Assembly: GCA_963663765.2 (NCBI GenBank)
Contig: CAXXUA010000005.1
Coordinates: forward strand, 1,024,001 to 1,088,000
Origin: Candidatus Poribacteria bacterium
GTDB lineage: Bacteria; Poribacteria; WGA-4E; WGA-3G
Direction: 5' to 3'
DNA: 64,000 nt
Part shown: positions 53,101 through 57,577 of the stretch, piece after piece
How positions within the stretch are numbered: the first letter of the stretch is position 1
Layout of the letters: the number at the start of each line of letters is the position of its first letter
Notes under the pieces: model-generated
Told to the model about the DNA's origin: nothing
Seen by the model: the letters and a program-made list of their open reading frames with translations, nothing else
Database searches by the model: none
Position numbers and translations under genes: made by a program

Positions 53101-54749
53101 TCGCAGGATATAATGGTCCCGCTCTTACAGCACAAGTGTCTGTCTCTGCCACAAGTACAACAACCCCAGCAAACCGTGCGCCAGTATTTAGCGATGGTAG
53201 CAGCACCACGCGCTCTATAGCAGAAAACACCGCATCGGCTGTAAATATCGGCAATGCCGTTGCTGCCACAGATGCGGATACAGGTGATACGCTCAACTAT
53301 ACACTTGGTGGCACCGATGCCGCATCGTTTGATATTGTCAGCAGTTCGGGGCAGCTACAAACTAAAGCTACACTTGACTACGAAACGAAGACATCCTTCT
53401 CCGTCATCGTCTCTGTTACGGATGGTAGTGGCACGAGTGATAGCATCACCGTGACAATCAATATCACTGACATAAACGAAGATATTCCAAACCGTGCGCC
53501 AGTATTTACCGAAGGTAGCAGCACCACGCGCTCAGTAACAGAAAACACGGCATCAGGTGTAAATATCGGCAATCCTATATCTGCGACAGATGCGGATGGG
53601 AATACGCTCACCTATAGTCTTGGTGGCACAAATGCATCAGCGTTTAGCATTGTCAGCAGTTCAGGGCAGCTACAAACAAATGCTCCCTTGGATTATGAAA
53701 CCAAGACTTCCTACTCTGTCATCGTCTTTGTCTCTGATGGGAATGGTGGAACAGATAGCATTACAGTCACAATTAATATCACTGATGTGTCTGAGACACA
53801 GACAACTACAAATGACACACCATCCATCAGTGTTTCTGCGGATACGACATTAACAGAAGCAACACTTGATGGCACGGAGGTTACCCTCACGCTAACAGGT
53901 GGCACTTATGAAAGCTCATTCTGGAATTATCAAAAGGTATCTGTCTCTGGGATCACAGGAGTGACTTTTGATGACTTTTTTGATGTTGACCGGGCGAGTA
54001 GCACAGAACTCACAGTCGAACTGACATTTGATGGGAACATGACCACCGATGGCACACTGACCTTCACCGTTGAGTCGGATGCTATTGTGGATTATGACGG
54101 TTCGGCACTGACTGCACAAATATCAGTCTCCGCAGTCAGTGAGTCAGTCACCGCTTCGCCATCTACATTGACCGAGGCGACACTTGATAGCATAGAGGTT
54201 ACCCTCACGCTCAGCGGACGGATATTTGAGCGATCTATTTTTGACATTAGAGATGCTGTGTCAGTCTCAGGTATTTCGGGTGTAACATTCCCGTGGCACG
54301 ACCCGGATAAAGATAGTGATACCGAAATCACCATGGAACTGGAATTTGGTGGAGATATGACAAGTGATGGCACACTCACCTTTACCGTCGGTGCGGATGC
54401 CATCGCGGGATACAACGGTCCCGCACTCACAGCGCAAGTATCTGTCACCGCGAGCCGAGTGAACGCGCTTGGAGCAAACTTCCCAAATCCATTCAATCCT
54501 GAAACATGGATACCTTATAAGTTGGCAAAGGATGCGGAGGTCACACTGCATATCTACGCTGTGAATGGCACATTGGTACGGACGTTGGCACTCGGGCATC
54601 AACCCGCGGGTATGTACCAAAGTCGTAGTCGCGCTGCGCATTGGGATGGTAAAAACGAGTTCGGTGAGTCTGTCGCAAGTGGTGTGTATTTCTATACGCT
54701 TACCGCAGGCGATTTTTCTGCGACGCGTAAAATGTTGATACGGAAGTAA
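35127..54749 (+). CDS. Giant secreted repeat protein (6540 aa): LRR blocks, cadherins, metzincin-like domain, invasin-type Ig, unassigned Ig-like repeats, FlgD-Ig/T9SS-like C-terminal domain
   Basis: Signal peptide; LxxLPxGxFxxL 24-aa and ISxLxxLTxL 22-aa repeats; LDYETK cadherin motifs; HELAHAFGLHH; ANFPNPFNPETWIPY...TRKMLIRK. Confidence 0.92.
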   Translation: MLNSNKKHIVSIFVAILIALGMSNTGYADITPVSERTQQVQDAIVAAVPGVNSAADVTEAHLASIGRLRLIGKNIAALKEGDFDGLTSLVRLSIGRNPLSSLPEGIFSDLTSLTFLDMGGNQISNLSADVFSGLSSLTSLIMPANQISSLPAGIFSDLSSIQHISLWGNQLTTLPSGLFTGLSSLAEIHLKSNQISSLPADVFSGLSSLTTIRLGSNRLSILPAGLFSGLSSLTTIELGWNQLNNLSAGLFTGLSSLTKIELYGNQLTTLPTGLFSGLSSLDSISLYRNQLSSLPMGIFSGLSSLTTLNLSDNAPELSLIIELQQVGVNQFKAVMATGAPFTIVVPLNVANGSIMGGATTATIPIGSVESTPFTVIPTPGTSDAVSLLLGTLPDLPSDHRGYTLAPFNFPPEFVEGPSTIRTVAEDIHTGGDVGTAVSATDPYNDPLTYTLSGTDASSFTIDATTGQLRTNIRLDYETQSTYMVTVNVTDGTLNDSIAVTINVTDVEPEVLNAGEPRTVRLFYFLPNDRPYRQEVVDAMKTGILEVQSFYADQMAAHGHGNTTFNIETDAQGDPIVHRIDADNSDSRYASRGYTDGEIARAFDTSTMISVIVMDVSHHRVRGQGTGDKSNGWLIIYEDWNWFTAAHELAHAFGLHHDFRDNTDILSYGTTDRSTATLSAAAAEFLSVHPYFDSSIPLEIGTRPTVELVSPTTYPAGSESVNIRVRVRDDTGLHQAMLFVRPNNPFRGTTPELKLWQKLDGETDTTVVFNFDGRVPSDSDKSDPDAHKTLANANQHEISVMAVDTEGNWYRSNFITLEAGEAQEITIPLSDRTPQVRDAIVAAVPGVNSARGVTAAHLAAITRLDLQHEGITSLKTGDFDGLTALITLLLGSNSLTSLPEGVFSGLSSLTTLYVGFNSLTSLPEGVFSGLSSLTTLGLRDNSLTSLPAGVFDGLSALTTLYLNNNDLTSLPAGIFSGLSSLTTLNLKGNAVYPMPLTVKLVKVGADQFQLDVPTGAPSDMDLPLIVVNGTINGGVERVTIPTGSVRSDVLTVTRTPGTTAAVIVDLERTVPSPTGADYVFYKSFAHLEIFSPLAGAPTPVTKRTPQVLDAIVAAVPEIDHIHHDRDIRYLIGGQFVDKKYNMGHYVSEAHLAAITNLDVFGVSGGADLSLSGNWFSLHGNATELKLGDFDGMTNLAKLRLDGNELSSLPAGLFDNLTNLTTLNLSSNELSSLPAGLFDNLTNLTYLNLFDNPLSPLPEGYFDKLTNLTTLILPPFITPTPVTEVGEITLPIADRTPQVRDAIVAAAGVNSAADVTAAHLAAITELDLEAENIAALKQGDFDNLPGLELLVLNGTFNVLPEGIFDSLTNLKSLGIRSTQLRSLPAGIFDNLTNLINFVIDNTPLRSLPAGIFDNLTNLKSLGIVNTQLSSLPVGIFDNLTNVPFIFLNNNQLSSLPDGIFDKATMWLFLNDNQLSSLPDGIFEGIFDEPPDLTLFGGVPPDQLPEGDSDSIDFTFVTLGGNLVDPMPLTVSLERVGEGQFKAVAPAGAPFELVLPIRIANGSINRGVESITIPVGGVESVTFTVTRTSGATYATTVNIGTLPQLPSGHSGYTLVKSDALPLVFSELGGQVIVPVSERTPEVRDAIVAAVPGVNSAADVTEAHLAAITSLGLGLSNPTKVGDFDGLTGLTRIGMGTDLTSIPVGFFNELNNLTFLDWEDLQLSSLPAGIFDNLPNLTHMSLGFVQLSSLPDGIFDNLTNLTTFYLGSLQLSSLPDGIFDNLTNLTVLDLGSPKLSSLPDGIFDNLTNLTSLRISQTQMLTLPDGLLSGLSSLTSLSFFSNAADPMPLTISLEKVGTDQFKAVAPTGAPFDMVLPITVTDGSISGGTTTLTILAGSMESEVLTVTRTPGATYATTVNIGIFPSLPANHTGYSLVKSVDLPLTFPELGGQVFTSVGSRTSQVAEAILGVVRLNDPNVSSFAEITNSHLTGITALYLNGRNITSLKSGDFEGLSSLEELRLHSNQLTSLPEDIFSGLTALTTLTLYGNQLSTLPPGIFNGLSSLATLRFALNQLTTLPADIFYGLNSLTDLHMIGNQLSELPEGIFVGLTGLTTLRLDSNAVNPLPLTVSLEKVGNGQFKAVAPTGAPFDVVLPISVTDGIISGSATTLTILAGSVESDVLTVTRTPDTTGAVTVNIGTLPSLPSTHSGYTLVKSADLPLSYPLPEIRTLIGSRTQQVQDAIVAAVPGVSNAVDVTEAHLAAITLLDFGFKSIRSLTAGDFDGLTALEWLNLPNDTQLSTLPAGIFDDLTALTLLNLSRIQLSTLPAGIFDKLTNLKRLYLSSNQLSSLPAGIFDKLTNLTEIHLDGNPLSTLPVGIFNRLTALTKLELHDTPLSTLPAGIFNKLSDLTFLNLHNNQLNSLPVGIFNRLTALTNLYLSDNPGSPFSLTVILEKVANGQFKAVAPTGAPFEIVLPLTVTDGSINGGTTTVTIPAGSVESDVLSVTRTPGATYATTVNIGNPLPSLPANHGGYSLVKSVVLPLAFPELGGQVFTSVGSRTSQVAEAILGVVRLNDPNVSSFAEITNSHLTGITALYLNGRNITSLKSGDFEGLSSLEELRLQSNQLTSLPEDIFSGLTALQTLTLWSNQLTTLPPGIFNGLSSLATLRFGYNQLTTLPADIFYGLNSLTDLRMIGNQLSELPDGIFAGLTGLTRLSLDNNAVDPLLLTVSLEKVSTDQFKAVAPTGAPYEMVLPLALTNGRVSGGATTSTIPAGSVESDVLTVTRTPDTTGTVAVNIGALPSLPANHTGYSLVKSADLPLSYALPEVRSLIGSRTPQVRDAIVAAVPGVNSAADVTAAHLAAIRILTLSNQSIISLKDGDFDGLTTLKELLLHENSIIDISPLAGLTSLTNLDLAFNDITDLSPLAGLTSLTRFSLQANSSIIDLSPLAGLTSLTTLDLSDNSLTDISALAGLTALTTLELDRNSLTDISALAGLTALTTLELNSNNLTDISPLASLTALTWLRLADNSIIDYGPLRRLIAVIKAAGRSLNLDITIPSLLAGHTPAVRDAIVAAVPGVNNAADVTKSHLAAITNLNLQSKSITSLKSGDFAGLTALEELLLYSNQISSLPEDIFDGLSALRTLNLFNNRLSSLPDGLLEGLTSLTTLRLNGNAVNPIPLIVTLRMVAEGQFKAVAPKGAPFDIVVPISVSNGSLSGGATSVTIPTGSVESDVITVTRTPGVTFAVSVDIGTLPGIPTDHYGYSLVKSANLPIELISEVIPIVLVDKGVCKVGDILTIGESCTYPDTDAVFSVIADGRSQWNIPGLPDWLATFVNRISINDSMSITSTVNGKTYRFEARAVENDSWQIDQIGDRTRESIASGINIPDANLRTKIEAALSKSSGDTITITEMETLTSLNGQDSSISDLTGLETATNLTTLKLGDNTISDISVLRSLTKLTELQLWDNRISNLSDLSGLTNLTKLYLWGNSISDISHLSRLTSLTHLRLGENNISNISTVSNLTNLTQLYLNENTITDISAVAGLTNLTELVIGSNTIADITAVQNLTNLEWLDMPNNEISDISAVQNLTSLVELYFANNAVSDVSPLLSNTGFDANTEIDITGNPLSYPSIYSHIPALQAKNVYVDFDNRVATVPVKMSGDTQQDNTNATLAQPFIVEVKDSSSVVFAGVPVTFAITAGGGTLSATNTTTDVNGRAQSTLTLGDTAGINTVSVSVPGVTQTITFTATATSQQVTGINIPDGKLRAKIASALGKTSGEPITATEMATLTSLNGQDSSISDLTGLETATNLTTLKLGDNTISNISAISGLTNLTELQLWDNRISNLSDLSGLTNLTKLYLWGNSISDISHLSGLTSLTHLRLGENNISNISTVSNLTNLTQLYLNENSITDISAVAGLTNLTELRIGDNTISDITPVQNLTNLEWLDIPNNSISDISAVQNLTSLTELYFANNAVSDLSPLVSNTGFDANTEIDSTGNPLSYPSIYTHIPALQAKDVYIDFDNRVATVPVKISGDTQSGETGATLTQPFIIEVKDSGSVVFAGVPVTFAITAGGGTLSATNTTTDIKGRAQTTLTLGDTDGTNTISVSVPGVTQTITFTATATAPVVVYITPVGDRTSQVAQAILGVVRLDYPTVSNYAEITATHIASPTTLYLNNKNITILKSGDFDGLTGLEDLRLNNNQLTSLPSDIFSGLTALINLNLFNNKLSSLPDGIFEGLTSLTKIRLARNTVDPLPVTVSLEKVAEGQFKAVAPTGAPFTIVLPINVANGSITGSATTLTIPQGSLESDILNVTRTSGTTANVTVDIGTLPSLPRNHFGYTLAKSDDLPLAVITSVNTAPVFTDGTSVTRTVAENTAAAVNIGTPIAATDANNDTLTYTLSGTDASAFDIDSTTGQLKTKATLDYETKSTYTLTITVSDGSLTDTITVTINITDIDEAVVVDPPTTNVAPTFTDGESTTRIILENTPANTNIGNPVNATDENNDTLTYAVGGVDAASFDIDSTTGQLKTKASLDYETKRVYSVTITAADDELSDAITVIISIIDVNDTVVSVGFVPVANRTSQVRDAIVAAVLNVTDAASVTESQVAAITSLNLRSMGISSLKTGDFSGMTALTTLNLFRNQLSELPPGIFDGLTALTNLRLGGNVVDPLPIIVSLQSVGSGEFKAVITTGAPFSMVLPITATDGSISGGITSVTIPQGSSESASFTVIGTSAKVSFGSLPGLPSNHFGYTFAQSTVCNRTTEVADAIAKAIGVSDCSDVTEVDLATITRLDLSGASITTLQTGDFDGMVSLQTLYLENNELTSLPNGIFNDLVSMTFLSLNENKLTTLPSAIFSKLTSLTHLDIFDNDLSSLPNGVFTGLSALSSLSLKDNELVYLPGTIFSGLSSLTSLSLSNNKLTSITDGIFDGLTQLSQLHLSLNPNANTLLSLRVSLQKVGTNSLKAVVPSGAPFTMTIPVKITNGVLEDGATTITIPIGTVESQPLTITRTAGAVAAVTADIGTVLPRLPSNHNGYALVRSRTLPLEVLPSLNSPPVFTEGTSTTRTISENTATGINIGDAITATDVNTADTLTYTLSGTDAAAFDINSTTGQLTTKVALDYETKNAYSVTLTVSDSIATDTIGVTINISNVNEPPVFATGSPTTHTVAENTASGENIGTAYSATDVDGDTLTYTLGGTDANVFSIERTTGQLKTRSALDYETKPTYTLTITVSDGSLTDTITVTINVTDVDDTPTLNVSTAAPLTEATLHGSVVTLTLSKGIYHTNWNYVNRNVEVSGITGVTIRSQSLDRVSDTKATVELEFNGDITTDGTLTFTVGAGALANYTGSALTAQISVSSITEPPTSLNVTAAAPLTEATLNESVVTLTLSGATYHINWNYVNRNVAVSGITGVTIRSQSLDRVSDTKATVELEFNGDFDTDGTLTFTVGAAALANYTGPALTAQISVSSITEPPTSLNVTAAAPLTEATLNESVVTLTLSGATYHINWNYVNRNVAVSGITGVTIRSQSLDRVSDTKATVELEFNGDITTDGILTFTVGAAALANYNGPALTAQISVSSITESPTSLTTSTASPLTEATLHGGIITLNLNGLTFDHSKFTIRDAITLSGISDVTVDTFDVDRVSDTQATFELTFDGNMTSDSILTISLGANAINDYDGDALTSQMSVTAVTESITTSTTSPLTKAALDESVVTLTLSGRKFEAYNSVIRPAVSVSGISGVTVGTYDIDRKSDTEITVELTFDGDITTDGTLTFTVGANAIVGYNGPALTVQVSVSAGTETPVDPITPVQPSTPTLSISTANPLTEATLHGGIITFNLSGGTFERSIFTIKEAMTLTGISGVTVGTFGADRVSDTQVTVELAFNGNMTTDSTLTISVGAGAIKDYDGTTFTAQIPVTANTESVVASTAAPLTETTLDESVVTLTLSGAKYASSIFDIRGAVTVSGISGVTFPFHQPDRESDTKITIELEFDGDMTSDGTLTFTVGAGAIAGYNGPALTAQVSVSATSTTTPANRAPVFSDGSSTTRSIAENTASAVNIGNAVAATDADTGDTLNYTLGGTDAASFDIVSSSGQLQTKATLDYETKTSFSVIVSVTDGSGTSDSITVTINITDINEDIPNRAPVFTEGSSTTRSVTENTASGVNIGNPISATDADGNTLTYSLGGTNASAFSIVSSSGQLQTNAPLDYETKTSYSVIVFVSDGNGGTDSITVTINITDVSETQTTTNDTPSISVSADTTLTEATLDGTEVTLTLTGGTYESSFWNYQKVSVSGITGVTFDDFFDVDRASSTELTVELTFDGNMTTDGTLTFTVESDAIVDYDGSALTAQISVSAVSESVTASPSTLTEATLDSIEVTLTLSGRIFERSIFDIRDAVSVSGISGVTFPWHDPDKDSDTEITMELEFGGDMTSDGTLTFTVGADAIAGYNGPALTAQVSVTASRVNALGANFPNPFNPETWIPYKLAKDAEVTLHIYAVNGTLVRTLALGHQPAGMYQSRSRAAHWDGKNEFGESVASGVYFYTLTAGDFSATRKMLIRK

Positions 54750-54846
54750 CATTTAACCCATAAGCATGGAAGGGTGTTATCTTATACTCTTCCATCCAAT
54801 AACCCGATTGCACGTCGCAATCAAAAATTTATAAAAGGAATATGCG

Positions 54847-55461
54847 ATGAAAACTTTAGTTATGTATCGAAAATTTCTAACGACATCTATATTTACTTTA
54901 CTTGTTTCCCTTGTCTTACCTATAGCACCTGCTTCGGCAACTGAATTCGAGCTAGGAACACAATTCGGATTTACCCAATTACATCAAGAGTCCTCTTCAA
55001 GTATATTGTATCTACAGGCGCCCACAGGAGAAATAGGTGATGCCGGAGCCTCACCTTACCTAACTTTTTTTCCTCATAAGCAGTTTGCTATTAGTCCTAC
55101 ATTCAGTTTTGCACAGGTAACAAGTTCTTACACGTATTTGGAAGAAAGTATAAGCTCTAGTACAAGTGGGCTCTACTTAGGAAGTAAATTTCACCTTTTT
55201 CTTCGTGGGCATGAAGTGTCTAATCCTTACTTATTTAGTAAAGTGTCCATAACCACTACATTTAGTGAAAATAGTGACAATGAATCAATATATGCTGTCG
55301 GTGTGGGAGCTGGTTATCAATGGCACATTGCACCTGTTTATTTCCTTCGGTTGGAAGGACAGTATCACCGTATAATTGATGAAGATGACCATTCCAACGC
55401 GTATTCAGTTACCATGGGTATCGGTGTTCGGTTTTGGGGTGCTGATAACCCCGCACCCTGA
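54847..55461 (+). CDS. Small outer-membrane beta-barrel protein (OmpA/Ail-like), copy 1
   Basis: Signal peptide; NPY, VGVGAGYQW, LRLEGQY, MGIGVRF strands. Confidence 0.75.
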   Translation: MKTLVMYRKFLTTSIFTLLVSLVLPIAPASATEFELGTQFGFTQLHQESSSSILYLQAPTGEIGDAGASPYLTFFPHKQFAISPTFSFAQVTSSYTYLEESISSSTSGLYLGSKFHLFLRGHEVSNPYLFSKVSITTTFSENSDNESIYAVGVGAGYQWHIAPVYFLRLEGQYHRIIDEDDHSNAYSVTMGIGVRFWGADNPAP

Positions 55462-55631
55462 GATAACATGCGGTAGCGATTTTTCTGCAACGCGCAAGAT
55501 TTAGGCTACACGCAAGATGTTGATACGGAAGTAACATTTAACCCATAAGCATGGAAGGGTGTTATCTTATACTCTTCCATCCAATAACCCGATTGCACGT
55601 CGCAATCAAAAATTTATAAAAGGAATATGCA

Positions 55632-56237
55632 ATGAAAACTTTAGTTATGTATCGAAAATTTCTAACGACATCTGTATTTACTTTACTTGTTTCCCTTGTC
55701 TTACCTATAGTTCCTGCTTCAGCAACTGAATTCGAGGTAGGAACACAATTCGGATTTACCCGAGTACTTGCAGAGGAATCTTCAAGTGGATTTGGATATT
55801 CCTCTTCAGGTATTACGTATCTACAGGCACCCACAGGAGAAATAGGTGATGCCGGAGCCTCACCTTACCTAACTTTTTTTCCTCATAAGCAGCTTGCTAT
55901 TAGTCCTGCATTCAGTTTTCTAATGGAAGCGGGATCTACAACTGGGCTCTACTTAGGAAGTAAATTTCACCTTTTTCTTCTTGGTCATGAAGTGTCTAAT
56001 CCTTACTTATTTAGTAAAGTGTCCATAACCACTACAGTTTATGAAAATGGTTACAATAAATTAATATATGCTGTCGGTGTGGGAGCTGGTTATCAATGGC
56101 ACATTGCACCTGTTTATTTCCTTCGGTTGGAAGGACAGTATCACCGTATAATTGATGAAGATGACCATTCCAACGCGTATTCAGTTACCATGGGTATCGG
56201 AGTTCGGTTTGGGAGTGTTGATAACCCCACACCCTGA
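55632..56237 (+). CDS. Small outer-membrane beta-barrel protein, copy 2 (785-bp tandem duplication)
   Basis: Near-identical to copy 1, including 115 bp upstream. Confidence 0.75.
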   Translation: MKTLVMYRKFLTTSVFTLLVSLVLPIVPASATEFEVGTQFGFTRVLAEESSSGFGYSSSGITYLQAPTGEIGDAGASPYLTFFPHKQLAISPAFSFLMEAGSTTGLYLGSKFHLFLLGHEVSNPYLFSKVSITTTVYENGYNKLIYAVGVGAGYQWHIAPVYFLRLEGQYHRIIDEDDHSNAYSVTMGIGVRFGSVDNPTP

Positions 56238-56321
56238 GAAAACGTGCGGTAGCGATTTTTCTGCTACGCGCAAGATGATTTAGACTACACGCAAATTGTT
56301 GATTCGGTAGTAATTACCTTT

Positions 56322-56360
56322 CTCTTGTAGGCCGAGGTCTTATACATCGCCCTACAAGAG
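56322..56360. repeat. GTAG-type palindrome / possible terminator
   Basis: CTCTTGTAGG ... CCTACAAGAG. Confidence 0.55.
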
Positions 56361-56381
56361 AGTTTATAAGGAAACAGAAGT

Positions 56382-57062
56382 ATGCACCCGAAAATTAGAG
56401 TTTCAATTCTAATAGTTGTCTTGCTTGTGACATCGATTGCCCTCATCAGTTGTGGGGCTTTTGAAGAGGAAAACAGTCAACCAGCAATTGGATCCATAAC
56501 CGATAAAACACTTGATGTAGGTGACGAAACAACAGCGGAAGTCAACATCACCGATGCAGATATTGAGGATACACATATTATTAGTGCATCTTCTGAGGAT
56601 GGGAACGTTGCGACTGTTTCAGTTGACGCAGCAGTTATTACCATTACAGGAAAAACGGAAGGGATAACGACAATCACAGTCTCCGTCACCGACGACAGTG
56701 GACAGGACAATGCGGCAGCAACACCGGTAACGTTTAAGGTCACTGTCAATGAACCGCTACCGCCACCACCGATTAGAGCGAATCGGGTTTGCGAGGTTGG
56801 GATGACGTTGGGACCGGGTGAAAGTTGTGGTTATGGACCGCTTGTTGTGTTTTCTGTTCGTGAGGATGGCTCTGCATGCAGAGCCAGTTCAGAACTTATT
56901 TATCACAATGTATTCGGTATTGACGTACGGATTAACAATCCAAGTATATGTGGCGATCACGATATAGACGAAGATGACTTCTTCAATACCAATTTCTCTG
57001 CTGGCAAAAATGAAGACGGAACTTGGACGATAAAGAAAGTTCCGGCATTCAATATTTACTAA
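56382..57062 (+). CDS. Lipoprotein with Ig-like domain, Pro linker and Cys-containing C-terminal domain
   Basis: Lipobox LISC; SSEDGNVATVSV...GITTITVSVTDD; PLPPPP; CEVGMTLGPGESC. Confidence 0.75.
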   Translation: MHPKIRVSILIVVLLVTSIALISCGAFEEENSQPAIGSITDKTLDVGDETTAEVNITDADIEDTHIISASSEDGNVATVSVDAAVITITGKTEGITTITVSVTDDSGQDNAAATPVTFKVTVNEPLPPPPIRANRVCEVGMTLGPGESCGYGPLVVFSVREDGSACRASSELIYHNVFGIDVRINNPSICGDHDIDEDDFFNTNFSAGKNEDGTWTIKKVPAFNIY

Positions 57063-57116
57063 TCCCGAAAATCTATAAATTTAGTGAATCTTGCTTCAGA
57101 ACCCGCTGGTCTCTAT

Positions 57117-57268
57117 TATAGTGAAATCCAAAAATATGTCTACACTCCCTGGTAGATGCGGTTTCTAACCAATGCAGAATACCATACGCGTATTCTGCCG
57201 GATTTATACAGGTTCGGTTAGGAAACCGAACCTACCGTCGTGTATAAGTAATTATGGATTTTACTATA
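57117..57268. mobile_element. TA-flanked MITE (TATAGTGAAATCCA / TGGATTTTACTATA) with a REP pair and hairpin micro-insert
   Basis: 14-bp ends, 13/14 match; internal GGTAGATGCGGTTTCTAACC and GGTTCGGTTAGGAAACCGAACCTACC. Confidence 0.8.
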
Positions 57269-57577
57269 AAACCGTTCCCATGGCTGTCCTTGCAGAGTCT
57301 ACAATACATAATTGCCGAAGGTTGATTTTTGATTATTAACAAGTTTTTCACAAGTTAGCGACCCAATAACATTCGCTAATCACAATTTCGATAATGAAAA
57401 ACAATGAGTCGGTTTTTAGGTGGCAACTTAGGTTGTCAACCGGCATTTCTTTCACTTGTAAAGAGTGGGTGTGCACGAAAGTCTTTCTGCCCACTACAAC
57501 AGCAAGGAGCCACTTCGCATTGAAATCGAATACTTGTATTCTGACAAATTGCTATTCAAAAAAGGAGAACGAATCTC

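Noticed and set aside
54750-57062. Integron with attC sites
   Set aside because: No intI gene and no RYYYAAC/GTTRRRY attC structure recognised; the joints derive from CTD coding sequence
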